NCBI GenBank assembly: GCA_027459745.1
Contig: DAIDHL010000002.1
Location: forward strand, 191,310-255,309
Length of the DNA: 64,000 nucleotides
Source: Candidatus Levyibacteriota bacterium
GTDB lineage: Bacteria > Patescibacteriota > Microgenomatia > Levybacterales > UBA12049
Reading direction: 5' to 3'
This document shows, piece after piece, positions 47,573 to 57,107 of the stretch; the stretch's first letter is position 1; every line of letters starts with the position of its first letter. A program made the translations under genes and the position numbers. The notes under the pieces were generated by a model that saw only the letters and a list, made by a program, of their open reading frames with translations, was not told the DNA's origin and searched no databases.

Positions 47573-48508
47573 TTATTTCACAAATTCAGCTAGTTCGGCG
47601 GTGATGGAGTCTTGCATATCTTTTTCTCTAGGAGCATGGCCGGCAAATACAAATTTGAGTTTCGAATTCTTAATTTTCTTATGTAGATTCCAGGCATTGG
47701 CGGGTGGACAAACAAAATCATAGCGTCCATGCAGAATAGTTACAGGAATATCTGAAAGTTTGTCAGCATTGTCGAGAATATAATTATCCGGCATAAAACA
47801 TAAATTCTTCATATAAGTAGCTTCAATGGGAGCAAAAGAACGATATGAACCGTCAGACATGCCTTCTTCAATTTCTTCCTCAGTTACCTGCATGGCCAGA
47901 AAAGCTGATTCATAATAATCAAATTCATAACAATATTTCTCTTTCTCCTCCTCTGTCCCATGTAGCATTTTACTCAAATAATATTCTAAAGCCTGGTCTT
48001 TTTTATCCTCTGGCACCAAATTCATAAACCTTTCCCAATTATCAGGGAAATTGTATTTAATAGGGCCATTAATCAGATGATCATTATCTGCACTGCTGCC
48101 CAAATAAATACCCCGGATTAACATACCTGTAATCCGTAGTGGGTTTTGCAGTGCATAAAACAGCGAAAGAGCAGAACCCCATGATCCTCCATAGAGAAAA
48201 ATTTTACCTAGATTAAAAAGCTTAAGAATCTGATCAATATCATCAAGCATTTTTTGTGTGGTGTTATTTTTTACACTGGCGAAGGGAGTACTTTTACCAG
48301 CTCCGCGCTGATCAAAAGTGATAATATTCCATTTGGTGAGGTCAAAAAAAACTAAATTAGAGTATTCTATGCCACCGCCACCGGGGCCGCCATGCAAAAA
48401 GAGGACTGGTTTGCCACTTGGATTGCCATGCTGCTCATACCAGAGTTTATATCCATCACTGACCTCCAAAAAACCTGATTTAAGGGGAGTATATGTTTTC
48501 TCCAGCAT
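47573..48508 (-). CDS. pip: Proline iminopeptidase (S33)
   Basis: GNP.G.P..FLHGGPG, FDQRG.G.S.P, GGSWGS, GRYD.VCP, AGH. Confidence 0.93.
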   Translation of the reverse strand: MLEKTYTPLKSGFLEVSDGYKLWYEQHGNPSGKPVLFLHGGPGGGGIEYSNLVFFDLTKWNIITFDQRGAGKSTPFASVKNNTTQKMLDDIDQILKLFNLGKIFLYGGSWGSALSLFYALQNPLRITGMLIRGIYLGSSADNDHLINGPIKYNFPDNWERFMNLVPEDKKDQALEYYLSKMLHGTEEEKEKYCYEFDYYESAFLAMQVTEEEIEEGMSDGSYRSFAPIEATYMKNLCFMPDNYILDNADKLSDIPVTILHGRYDFVCPPANAWNLHKKIKNSKLKFVFAGHAPREKDMQDSITAELAEFVK

Positions 48509-48666
48509 ATAAATTATCTTAACATATACCAGCTGAAATTTATATGAATTATTATTAGCTTGCTAAATAAAATATCTGAGGCTTAATCTTATAGACATTT
48601 TTTTTCGTTTAATGTATAATTACTTTTACCTTTAAGTAAGAACTTTGAAAGAAGGAGAAAATAGCT

Positions 48667-48975
48667 ATGCCAAAAGGAAGAATTCGTGTACGTTTAAAAA
48701 GTTATGATTCTCGTGTCATTGATGCGTGTTGTCAACAAATTTTAGATACGGCAATTAGAACCGGAGCCAAGATCGTGGGACCAGTTCCACTTCCTACACA
48801 GCGTAGCGTATATGCAATCAATAAGTCTCCTTTCGTCGAGAAGAATCATCGAGATCATTTTCAAATCTGTGTGCATAAGAGATTAGTTGATATTATTTCT
48901 CCAACCGACAAAACTATAGATAGTCTTACTCATTTGGAATTACCGGCTGGAGTTGATGTTGAGATTAAAATGTAA
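48667..48975 (+). CDS. rpsJ: 30S ribosomal protein S10
   Basis: IR.RLKSYD, GPVPLPT, HKRL.DI, LPAGVDVEIK. Confidence 0.97.
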   Translation: MPKGRIRVRLKSYDSRVIDACCQQILDTAIRTGAKIVGPVPLPTQRSVYAINKSPFVEKNHRDHFQICVHKRLVDIISPTDKTIDSLTHLELPAGVDVEIKM

Positions 48976-49072
48976 TCTGAAAAGATGACATTTGATAGAT
49001 ATTGATGCCCAACAATGATATATAGTATAATATTAACTGTATAATGCTTGTTCAGGTTCTATCGTCAACAAC

Positions 49073-49099
49073 AGATAGCCGAGAGGCTGTCTTTTTTTT
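49073..49099 (+). terminator. Terminator/attenuator hairpin between rpsJ and rplC
   Basis: AGATAGCC-GAGA-GGCTGTCT followed by a T run. Confidence 0.75.
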
Positions 49100-49134
49100 G
49101 AAAATGATAAAAAATATTAAAAAGAGGATTATAT

Positions 49135-49944
49135 ATGCAGACAATAATTGGTCAAAAATCAGAACAAACACAAAGATTTTTAGAAAACGGAACTAGAATT
49201 CCGGTTACGGTCGTGTCTGTTACCCCAAATAGTGTTATAACCACTAAATCTCTAGCTAAAGACGGGTATACTGCAGTCCAAATTGGCGCAGGTTCTCGTA
49301 AGAACTCAACCCGCAGTCAACTTGGTACAGCCAAAAAAGCTAATCTCGCTGCCGCACCCAAAATTATTAAAGAGGTGCGGTTTTTTGATGATAGTGATGT
49401 TATGCCTGAAGTTGGCACAGCTATTAATTTGAGTGATGTATTGCAACCAGGAGATATTGTAAATGCTACCGGCACATCTAAAGGCAAAGGATGGGCTGGT
49501 GTAGTCAAAAGACACAATTTCCGTGGAGGTCCTCGTACCCATGGTCAGTCAGATCGAGAACGTGCTCCTGGCTCATTAGGACAGACCACTACTCCTGGAC
49601 GTGTATATAAAGGTAAAAGAATGGCTGGTCGTATGGGGTCAGAGACTGTGACAATTCAAAATTTGTTTGTAGCTGATGTTATTGGTGATAAGGTATATGT
49701 GGCTGGTCTCGTTCCTGGACACGTAAATTCATTTATTGTTCTTAAAAAGACTGGTAAAATGGCTGATAAGAAATTTAGTCCGATGTTACGTATGGAGAAT
49801 ATGGATATCGAGCCAGTGGCTGTATTAGTTTCGGAAGATGTTTCTGCTGAAGAACCAAAAGTAGCAGAAGCAGAAAATGAGACAACTGAAGAAAAGTCCA
49901 CTTCCATTGAAAATGCCAATGAGTCGAAGGAGGAAGCTAAATAA
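49135..49944 (+). CDS. rplC: 50S ribosomal protein L3 (acidic C-terminal extension)
   Basis: DGY.AVQ.G, SKGKG..G.VKRH, THG, PGRVYKGKRMAG.MG. Confidence 0.97.
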   Translation: MQTIIGQKSEQTQRFLENGTRIPVTVVSVTPNSVITTKSLAKDGYTAVQIGAGSRKNSTRSQLGTAKKANLAAAPKIIKEVRFFDDSDVMPEVGTAINLSDVLQPGDIVNATGTSKGKGWAGVVKRHNFRGGPRTHGQSDRERAPGSLGQTTTPGRVYKGKRMAGRMGSETVTIQNLFVADVIGDKVYVAGLVPGHVNSFIVLKKTGKMADKKFSPMLRMENMDIEPVAVLVSEDVSAEEPKVAEAENETTEEKSTSIENANESKEEAK

Positions 49945-49945
49945 T

Positions 49946-50668
49946 ATGGCAGAAGTAATCAAAAAACAAAAAACTACAGCTAAAAAAGCAACTAGCGCTA
50001 AAACGATAGCTTCTAAAACAGTGAAAAAAGAAACAGGTTTGGTCATTGATGTATTTGATGTCAGTGGTAAAGTTGCCGGACAATTAACTCTGGCCGAAAA
50101 AGTTTTTGGTGTAGCGATTAATAGAACGTTACTAGCACAAGCAATACGTGTTTACTTGGCCAATCAACGTCAAGGTACACGTTCTACCAAAACTCGTGGG
50201 GAAGTTTCTGCATCTACACGCAAAATCTATCGTCAAAAAGGTACAGGTCGGGCTCGTCATGGTTCCTTAAAAGCACCACTGTTCGTCCATTATGGAGGCG
50301 TTTCGCATGGACCACGTCCAGTGGATTTCAGCATGACTATGCCTCAAAAGATGCGTCAAAAAGCTTTGACCAGTGCATTGTCAGCTAAGTTGAAGGATCA
50401 AGAGATTAAAGTCGTATCTGGCTTGGTCAAACTAGAAGCAAAAACTAAAGTTATGGCCGGAATATTAAAAAATTTAGGACTTACAAACCATAAGGTGCTG
50501 ATCGTTATCAATGATGGTACAGATAATATTGTAAGAGCAGCTAGAAATTTAGAAGGCGTTACTTTGACTTCAGCCGCTAGATTAAATACTTATGATGTCC
50601 TAACAGCTAAACAAATTGTATTTGCCCAAGAAGCAGTTGAAAGTTTACAAAAAAGATTGGAGAAATAA
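49946..50668 (+). CDS. rplD: 50S ribosomal protein L4 (Lys-rich N-terminal extension)
   Basis: RQGT..TKTRGEV, QKGTGRARHGS, GG..HGPRP; ATG at 49946. Confidence 0.97.
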   Translation: MAEVIKKQKTTAKKATSAKTIASKTVKKETGLVIDVFDVSGKVAGQLTLAEKVFGVAINRTLLAQAIRVYLANQRQGTRSTKTRGEVSASTRKIYRQKGTGRARHGSLKAPLFVHYGGVSHGPRPVDFSMTMPQKMRQKALTSALSAKLKDQEIKVVSGLVKLEAKTKVMAGILKNLGLTNHKVLIVINDGTDNIVRAARNLEGVTLTSAARLNTYDVLTAKQIVFAQEAVESLQKRLEK

Positions 50669-50670
50669 GT

Positions 50671-50955
50671 ATGAATCCTATTTATAAACCATTAATCACT
50701 GAAAAAACCATGTCTGAGGCTGAAAAAGGTAAATATTCGTTTGTTGTGGCTCAATCAGCAGGTAAAAAAGTTATCAGAAGAGCGATTGAATCTAATTTTT
50801 CTGTTAATGTGGTTAGTATTATGACTACTGTATCCAAAGGTAAGAGAAAGCGAGTTGGTCGTAATCGCCAAAAAGTAAGCGCCTCTACTATTAAAAAGGC
50901 AGTTGTTGAACTTAAATCAGGACAGAAAATTAGCTTATTTGAGTTAGGTGCTTAG
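50671..50955 (+). CDS. rplW: 50S ribosomal protein L23
   Basis: P.ITEK, Y.F.V, KKA.V.L. Confidence 0.95.
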   Translation: MNPIYKPLITEKTMSEAEKGKYSFVVAQSAGKKVIRRAIESNFSVNVVSIMTTVSKGKRKRVGRNRQKVSASTIKKAVVELKSGQKISLFELGA

Positions 50956-51008
50956 ACTTTGCGGCTATTGTATGCTACAATTAGCCTCATAGTTTATGAA
51001 GTATTTAT

Positions 51009-51761
51009 ATGAAGAAACTAAAACATATTCGCAAAAAACATGCAGGTCGCAATCTGGCTGGACAGGTAACTGTCAGGCATCAGGGTGGGGAGCATAAACG
51101 CTTTTATCGAGTAGTCGATTTTAAGCGCAATAAGGTAGATATATCGGGAGAAGTTGTAGCTATTGAATATGATCCAAATAGGACATGTGATATTGCTTTA
51201 ATTCATTATGCAGATGGTGAAAAACGCTATATCTTGGCTCCTGAGGGGCTTAAAGTAGGAGATAGTGTTGTAACTTCCCCTACTGCAGATATCAAGCCTG
51301 GTAATGCTTTGCCTTTAGCCAATATTCCGGTGGGTACTGTCGTTCACAATGTAGAATTGACGCCTGGTAAAGGTGGACAAATTGCTCGTGGTGCAGGTAC
51401 AAGTGTAACTGTAAACGCAAGTGAGGCAGGTTTGGTTTTCTTGAAGATGCCTTCCACGGAAATTCGTAAAGTTGACGCTACCGGCTATGCTACAATTGGT
51501 CAGGTTGGTAAAGTCAACTGGAAGAATGAAGTTCTTGGTAAAGCAGGTCGGTCTAGACATATGGGTATAAGACCAAGTGTTCGAGGCGTTGCCATGAATC
51601 CCCGATCCCATCCTCATGGAGGAGGAGAAGGGCGTTCAGGTATTGGTATGTCTTCACCAAAAAATTATGCTGGTAATACAGCCGTAGGTAAAAGACGCCG
51701 ACCGAATAAATACTCTGATAAATACATCGTACAGAGAAGAAAAGGAGGAGCTCACAAGTAA
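51009..51761 (+). CDS. rplB: 50S ribosomal protein L2 (short N-terminus)
   Basis: [35 protein letters not shown]. Confidence 0.97.
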   Translation: MKKLKHIRKKHAGRNLAGQVTVRHQGGEHKRFYRVVDFKRNKVDISGEVVAIEYDPNRTCDIALIHYADGEKRYILAPEGLKVGDSVVTSPTADIKPGNALPLANIPVGTVVHNVELTPGKGGQIARGAGTSVTVNASEAGLVFLKMPSTEIRKVDATGYATIGQVGKVNWKNEVLGKAGRSRHMGIRPSVRGVAMNPRSHPHGGGEGRSGIGMSSPKNYAGNTAVGKRRRPNKYSDKYIVQRRKGGAHK

Positions 51762-51843
51762 AGATCAAAATTCAAAAATCTAAGATCAAAACTATAAACA
51801 TTTGATCTTAAATATACATTTTGAACTTTAACTTTTGAATTAT
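51759..51843. repeat. Heptamer-armed inverted repeat (rplB-rpsS junction)
   Basis: TAAAGAT CAAAATT CAAAAAT CTAAGAT CAAA ... TTTG ATCTTA ... ATTTTGA ACTTTAA CTTTTGA; core TAAGATCAAA/TTTGATCTTA is perfect. Confidence 0.75.
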
Positions 51844-51850
51844 TTACATT

Positions 51851-52135
51851 ATGGCAAGAAGTAGTAAAAAAGGTCCTTATATAGATGACAGGTTAATGAA
51901 AAAAATCCAGAAGCAAAAGCAGACTGGGGAGCATACTGCGATCAAGACTTGGTCCAGATCTTGTCAGATTCCTCCAGAGTTTGTGGGGCATACTATTGCT
52001 GTACATAATGGGAGAATTTTTATTAACGTGTTGATCTCTGAGAGTATGGTAGGTCGCAGGTTGGGTGAATTCGCTGCTACTAGAACCTTTAGAAGTCATG
52101 GAAGAGTTGTCGCACGTGAGATTAGTAAGACGTAG
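51851..52135 (+). CDS. rpsS: 30S ribosomal protein S19
   Basis: RS.KKGP, KTWSR, VHNG, LGEF..TR. Confidence 0.97.
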   Translation: MARSSKKGPYIDDRLMKKIQKQKQTGEHTAIKTWSRSCQIPPEFVGHTIAVHNGRIFINVLISESMVGRRLGEFAATRTFRSHGRVVAREISKT

Positions 52136-52176
52136 TAAGTAATAAACAAGAAGTTATTTTTAGCTTTTAAATAAAT

Positions 52177-52524
52177 ATGAAAGTACATGCAACAGCAAAA
52201 CAAGTTAAAGTCAGTCCAAGAAAGGTTCGCTTGGTAGCTGATGCTGTGCGTAATTTACCACTGGAACAGGCCTTAGGCCAACTACCACTATTACGCAAGA
52301 GAGCAGCTAATGCTTTGGTGGAAGTAATGCAAAGTGCAGTAGCTAATGCTGTAAATAATGCCAAATTACAGCGTGATCAATTGCGTATTGCTGAAATTAT
52401 TGTTAACGAAGGACAAGCATTGAAAAGATATCACGCTTCAACTAGAGGGAGAATTCATCCCTATAAAAAAAGAAGTAGTAATATCACAGTAGTTTTAGAA
52501 GATAAAGGAGGAAAAAGTCTGTAG
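52177..52524 (+). CDS. rplV: 50S ribosomal protein L22
   Basis: SPRKVRLVAD.VR, SA.ANA, RGR....KR.S.I. Confidence 0.97.
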   Translation: MKVHATAKQVKVSPRKVRLVADAVRNLPLEQALGQLPLLRKRAANALVEVMQSAVANAVNNAKLQRDQLRIAEIIVNEGQALKRYHASTRGRIHPYKKRSSNITVVLEDKGGKSL

Positions 52525-52585
52525 CAGGGTTAGCATGTAGAATTTAAAATCTACAAGATCTGGACTATAAACTAAGATAAATAAT

Positions 52586-53236
52586 ATGGGACAAAAAATT
52601 AATCCAACATTGTTAAGATTACAAGTAACTGATACCTGGAGAAGTCGTTGGTTTGATGATAAAAAATACAAAGATGTTGTGTTAGAAGATTATCATTTGC
52701 GCAATATTTTATTCAAAAAGCTTGAAAAAGCTGGAGTGGCTTCGGTGGAAATAGAGCGTTCTATTAATAGTTTGCAAATTATTCTTTCAGTTTCCAAGCC
52801 CGGTATGGTTATAGGTCGTTCAGGTGCTGGTATTGAGGAGTTAAAGAAAACCTTAAATGCCTTCTTGAAAAAACAACATGGTAAACAAGCTCCTAAGTTA
52901 GAGTTGAGAGTTGAACCAGTAAAAGAACCCAACTTGGATGCCTATTTAGTTGCTAAGAATATTGCAGATATGTTAGTTAGACGTTTGCCTTATAAACGTG
53001 TTTTGGTACAGATCTCTGATCGTGTGATGAGTAGTGGTGCCAAAGGTGTCCGCATCGTGCTCTCTGGGCGTATTGCAGGGGCTGAAATACATCGTACAGA
53101 AAAGATTCAGGTTGGTACAGTACCCCTGTCTACCATACGTGAAGATATAGAATATGCTTCTGTACCTGCTTTGACCACCAAAGGTTATATTGGTGTCAAG
53201 GTTTGGATCCATAAAGTTGAAGGAGGTAATAAATAA
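52586..53236 (+). CDS. rpsC: 30S ribosomal protein S3
   Basis: MGQKINP..LRL, PG.VIG, SGR..GAE, PL.T.R.DI.Y, G.IGVKVW. Confidence 0.97.
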   Translation: MGQKINPTLLRLQVTDTWRSRWFDDKKYKDVVLEDYHLRNILFKKLEKAGVASVEIERSINSLQIILSVSKPGMVIGRSGAGIEELKKTLNAFLKKQHGKQAPKLELRVEPVKEPNLDAYLVAKNIADMLVRRLPYKRVLVQISDRVMSSGAKGVRIVLSGRIAGAEIHRTEKIQVGTVPLSTIREDIEYASVPALTTKGYIGVKVWIHKVEGGNK

Positions 53237-53646
53237 TGTTAGCACCGAGAAGAGTAAAATACCGTAAACAAATGCGCGGTATGATGAAAGGTGATGCCTA
53301 TAATGGTACCTCGCTTACTTATGGGGAATATGGACTTACAGCCTTGGATATGGGTTGGATAAGTAGTCGACAAATTGAGGCAGCTCGTCGTGCGATTACT
53401 CACTTTACGGCTCGAGGTGGTCGTGTTTGGATTAGAATTTTTCCAGATAAGCCTATTACTAAAAAACCACCAGAAGTACGTATGGGAAGTGGTAAAGGTG
53501 ATGTACATGAGTATGTTGCACCCGTAAAACCAGGCAGAATTTTATTTGAGATGACTGGTGTTAGTGTTGAGGTTGCATCCGAAGCCTTAAGGTTAGCAGC
53601 TCATAAATTACCTGTTAGAACCAGATTTGTGACAAAAGGAGAATAA
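53236..53646 (+). CDS. rplP: 50S ribosomal protein L16
   Basis: P.R.KYRK, RQIEAAR, WIRIFP, RMGSGKG. Confidence 0.98.
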   Translation: MLAPRRVKYRKQMRGMMKGDAYNGTSLTYGEYGLTALDMGWISSRQIEAARRAITHFTARGGRVWIRIFPDKPITKKPPEVRMGSGKGDVHEYVAPVKPGRILFEMTGVSVEVASEALRLAAHKLPVRTRFVTKGE

Positions 53647-53649
53647 AGT

Positions 53650-53856
53650 ATGAAACTTAGAGAACAAAAAGATTTAAAGAATAAAGCAACAACTGAATTG
53701 AGACAGATGCTTAAAGAAGCAAGGAAGAGTTTATTTGATCTTCAGATGGATAAAGCTTTGGGTAAAAATAAAAATACCCGTTTGAAATTCTGGAAGAGAA
53801 AAGAGATTGCTTATCTTTTAACTCACCTTGCAAGAAAGGAGCAAACAAATGGCTAA
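53650..53856 (+). CDS. rpmC: 50S ribosomal protein L29
   Basis: Position and size; L.....EL...L...R..LF.L...RKEIA..LT. Confidence 0.9.
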   Translation: MKLREQKDLKNKATTELRQMLKEARKSLFDLQMDKALGKNKNTRLKFWKRKEIAYLLTHLARKEQTNG

Positions 53857-54100
53857 AACGATTACAGGAACAGTTGTTTCGACTGGTATGCAGAATACAA
53901 TTGTGATAGAAGTAACACGTCGTGTTCCTCATCCATTGTACAAAAAATTATTGAAGCAAACTAGTCGTTTCAAAGCCGATACAGCTGGTAAAACCGTGAA
54001 GAATGGGGATACCGTAGTCATTGTGGAAACCAAACCAATTTCTAAAGACAAACACTTTGCTTTGCAAACAGTTATAGAAAATAAGGAGGAAAAGAAATAA
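53849..54100 (+). CDS. rpsQ: 30S ribosomal protein S17
   Basis: G.VVS..M..T.V, HPLY.K, GD.V.I.ET.P.SK.K; ATG at 53849. Confidence 0.96.
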   Translation: MAKTITGTVVSTGMQNTIVIEVTRRVPHPLYKKLLKQTSRFKADTAGKTVKNGDTVVIVETKPISKDKHFALQTVIENKEEKK

Positions 54101-54101
54101 T

Positions 54102-54476
54102 ATGATTCAATTGAGATCAATGTTAACAGCAGCAGATAATTCAGGTGCCAGAATTTTACAGGTGGTACATATCTTTGGTGGCTCTAATCGCAAAAGCGGT
54201 CAAATTGGCGATATTGTCAATTGTGTTGTAAAATTAGCCACTCCGCATGGTGCTGTGGCGGATGGAGAAATGGTTAAGGCGGTAGTCGTGCGCACGAGGA
54301 AAGAACATCGTCGCTCAGATGGTTCGTACGTTCGTTTTTCGGATAATGCTGCTGTACTGATTGATAATCCCAACGACAAGAATCCACGTGGGACGCGTAT
54401 TTTTGGGCCTATTGCTCGAGAAGTACGTGATGCAGGCTTTACCAAAATTGCTAGCATGGCACCGGAGGTAGTTTAG
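54102..54476 (+). CDS. rplN: 50S ribosomal protein L14
   Basis: ADNSGA, R.DGS..RF.DNA.V, P.GTRIFGP..RE. Confidence 0.98.
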   Translation: MIQLRSMLTAADNSGARILQVVHIFGGSNRKSGQIGDIVNCVVKLATPHGAVADGEMVKAVVVRTRKEHRRSDGSYVRFSDNAAVLIDNPNDKNPRGTRIFGPIAREVRDAGFTKIASMAPEVV

Positions 54477-54512
54477 TAGATTGACTTAGGTTAGATCTAG
54501 AGGAGAAAAATT

Positions 54513-54818
54513 ATGAAATTAAGGAAAAATGATGAAGTAAAAATTATAAGAGGAAAAGATGGTGGTAAGACTGGTAAGGTCGAGCGTGTTTTTGCCAAAG
54601 ACCATAAAGTTTTAGTCGAAGGTGTAAATCAATTTAAGCGTCATGTCAAAGCGCGTGCTCAAGGACAGAGATCAGAAATTATCTCAATCACGAAGCCTTT
54701 AGCCTTGGCTAATGTACAATTGATTTGTCCGAAATGCAAGAAACCAACGAGAGTAGGTTTCTCTATTAATAAAGATACAAAAGAGAGAATTTGCAAGAAA
54801 TGTGGAGAAGCTATATAA
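54513..54818 (+). CDS. rplX: 50S ribosomal protein L24
   Basis: D.V..I.GKD.GK.G.V, VEGVN, CPKC..TRVG..CKKC. Confidence 0.97.
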   Translation: MKLRKNDEVKIIRGKDGGKTGKVERVFAKDHKVLVEGVNQFKRHVKARAQGQRSEIISITKPLALANVQLICPKCKKPTRVGFSINKDTKERICKKCGEAI

Positions 54819-54838
54819 AATTTATTAATTATTAAAAT

Positions 54839-55384
54839 ATGGATACATTAGAAAAACGATATAAAGAAAAGATAGCTAAAGAACTACAGACCAAACTGGG
54901 AGTGACTAATGTCATGGCTATACCAGCTATGAAAAAAATTGTAGTCAATATGGGTGTCAAAGATGCTGTTTTGGATAAAAAGCACGTTACCAAAGCAGTT
55001 GATGTAATGACTCAGATTACTGGCCAAAAACCTAAGGTAGTGAAATCCAAAAAATCAATCGCGACCTTTAAATTAAGAGAGGGAGATCCCATTGGTGTTG
55101 TGGTTACTTTACATGGCAAAAGAATGTATGAATTTTTGGAAAAAATTATTGATATTGTTTTGCCGCGTATTAAAGATTTCCGTGGAGTTAGTAGAACCAG
55201 CTTCGATGGCCATGGTAACTATGCATTAGGTTTTCCAGAGTATGCTGTCTTTCCTGAAATTGATTTATCAACTGTAGATCGAATCCAAGGGCTGGAAGTA
55301 ATTGTCGTAACTAATGCAGGAACTGACGAAAAAGGATTCGCTTTAATGGAAGCTTTGGGTATACCATTTATGAAGGAGAAGTAA
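54839..55384 (+). CDS. rplE: 50S ribosomal protein L5
   Basis: KIV.NMG, ITGQKP, FKLREG..IG..VTL, LPRI.DFRG. Confidence 0.98.
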   Translation: MDTLEKRYKEKIAKELQTKLGVTNVMAIPAMKKIVVNMGVKDAVLDKKHVTKAVDVMTQITGQKPKVVKSKKSIATFKLREGDPIGVVVTLHGKRMYEFLEKIIDIVLPRIKDFRGVSRTSFDGHGNYALGFPEYAVFPEIDLSTVDRIQGLEVIVVTNAGTDEKGFALMEALGIPFMKEK

Positions 55385-55460
55385 TATTTAATGACCTGGT
55401 TTGGAGAATTGAGCGAGATTTGTTATAATTCCGAAGCTAGATAAAATTTATAATAATATT

Positions 55461-55646
55461 ATGGCAAAAACATCAAATGTTGTTCGTTATGACAGAAAAT
55501 TAAAATATCCTACCCGATATGTTAACATCTGTGGTATTTGTGGCCGTTCCAGAGGCTATCTAAGACGGTTTGGTTTGTGCCGTTTATGTTTTCGTGAGCG
55601 TGCATCGAAAGGAGAATTGCCAGGTGTGGTTAAAGCCACTTGGTAA
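55461..55646 (+). CDS. rpsN: 30S ribosomal protein S14, zinc-binding type
   Basis: CGICGR....[20 protein letters not shown]. Confidence 0.96.
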   Translation: MAKTSNVVRYDRKLKYPTRYVNICGICGRSRGYLRRFGLCRLCFRERASKGELPGVVKATW

Positions 55647-55655
55647 GCTAGAATT

Positions 55656-56045
55656 ATGAATTATCATGTATCAGATTTTTTAATCAGAATAAAAAATGCA
55701 TCTTATGCACATCGCAAGGAGGTTTATATGCCCTATTCTAAGCTCAGTGAAGCGATTGCTAAAGTCTTAGTGAAGGAAGGTTTCTTGGCAGAAGTCAAAG
55801 CAGAAACGGTAGAAGCAAAAAAACAATTATTGGTCAGTCTGCGTTATGTTAATCGTCGTCCTGTCGTAGAAGGAGTGAAAATTATTTCCAAACCTTCTTT
55901 GCGTACATATGCCACTAATAAAAAGATCTCAGCTGCACACAATGGTTCTATGGTCTCAGTCTTGTCTACAAGTAAAGGTGTAATGTCAGGACGTGAGGCT
56001 AATAAGAAAGGAGTAGGAGGAGAATTACTTTTTCAAATTTGGTAA
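55656..56045 (+). CDS. rpsH: 30S ribosomal protein S8
   Basis: SD.L.RI.NA, L..EG, SKP..R.Y, STSKGVM, GGE. Confidence 0.97.
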   Translation: MNYHVSDFLIRIKNASYAHRKEVYMPYSKLSEAIAKVLVKEGFLAEVKAETVEAKKQLLVSLRYVNRRPVVEGVKIISKPSLRTYATNKKISAAHNGSMVSVLSTSKGVMSGREANKKGVGGELLFQIW

Positions 56046-56074
56046 TTTGCAAAAGTTTCTACTGCTAATAATAT

Positions 56075-56629
56075 ATGTCAAAAATTGGAAGAATGCCTAT
56101 TAAAATTCAGTCAGGAGTAACGGTAAGTTTGGATAATAGCAAGGTTGTTGTAAAAGGTACTAAAGGTGAACTCAATTTTATTATACCAAATGATATTAAT
56201 GTCGCTATAGCAGATGATCAGATTGTAGTAAGTCAGAAAAATCCAAATGACGTTACTAAGCGTGCCTTGTTTGGATTAACAAGAGCTTCTTTAGCTAACT
56301 TGCTAACAGGCGTTAACCAAGGGTTTGAAAAAAAATTAGAATTATCAGGGGTTGGATATCGTGCACAGATGCAGGGTAGTGATTTGCAGTTATCTTTAGG
56401 CTTTTCTCACCCTGTAAAAATTAAAGCTAAGCCTGGAATTAATTTCTCCGTAGCAGATAATGTGATTACTGTAGCGGGAATTGATAAAATGATAGTTGGG
56501 GAAATGGCAGCCGAGATTAGAAGTATACGTCCGCCCGAACCATATAAAGGTAAGGGTATCAAGTATGTTGGAGAATATATTAGACGTAAGGCTGGTAAAG
56601 CAGCCAAGGCTGTAGGAGCAGCTAAATGA
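56075..56629 (+). CDS. rplF: 50S ribosomal protein L6
   Basis: MSKIG..PI, GVGYRA, LGFSH, R.PEPYKGKGI.Y. Confidence 0.98.
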   Translation: MSKIGRMPIKIQSGVTVSLDNSKVVVKGTKGELNFIIPNDINVAIADDQIVVSQKNPNDVTKRALFGLTRASLANLLTGVNQGFEKKLELSGVGYRAQMQGSDLQLSLGFSHPVKIKAKPGINFSVADNVITVAGIDKMIVGEMAAEIRSIRPPEPYKGKGIKYVGEYIRRKAGKAAKAVGAAK

Positions 56630-56637
56630 CGCTTTGC

Positions 56638-56703
56638 GTGGTCCTGAGCTGCAGTAAAAGCAACGAAGGATATAGTTTGATTCTGGTCCAAGCTAGAATG
56701 ACA
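56638..56703. repeat. GTCAT..ATGAC-family palindromic element (rplF-rplR junction)
   Basis: GTGGTCCTGAGC...CGAAGGAT ... GATTCTGGTCCAAGCTAGAATGACA; left arm mirrors the 33455-33494 arm and right arm matches 46376-46397. Confidence 0.65.
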
Positions 56704-56711
56704 ATAAAATT

Positions 56712-57041
56712 ATGAAAAAAAATAAATTACAAAGACAAAGAAGAATTAGAGCAAAAATATTTGGTACGGCTGATCGTCCCCGTTTGAGTGTATATCGTTC
56801 AAATAAGGGAATTGCTGTACAATTGATTGACGATTCAAAACAGATAACCTTATTAGCAAAGCGTGATGCCAAAGGTAGTGGTAATAAAACAGGCAAAGCT
56901 AAAACTTTGGGAATGGAAATTGCCAAATTAGCTTTAGAAAAGAAAATTAAAACTGTAATTTTTGATAAAGGCAGCTATGCTTATCATGGTAGAGTCAAAG
57001 CTGTTGCTGAAGGAGCCAGAGAAGGAGGTCTAACGTTCTAG
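56712..57041 (+). CDS. rplR: 50S ribosomal protein L18
   Basis: GT..RPRL.V.RSN, QLIDD, FD...Y.YHGRV.A.A..ARE.GL.F. Confidence 0.97.
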   Translation: MKKNKLQRQRRIRAKIFGTADRPRLSVYRSNKGIAVQLIDDSKQITLLAKRDAKGSGNKTGKAKTLGMEIAKLALEKKIKTVIFDKGSYAYHGRVKAVAEGAREGGLTF

Positions 57042-57100
57042 TTTAGAGCGTAGAGTGTATGGTTATATAACCATACACAATAAACTTTATACTGTTCACT
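57041..57100. repeat. Heptamer-armed inverted repeat (rplR-rpsE junction)
   Basis: GTTTAGA GCGTAGA GTGTATG arm; perfect 24-bp palindrome GTGTATGGTTATATAACCATACAC at 57055-57078. Confidence 0.7.
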
Positions 57101-57107
57101 TATTGAT

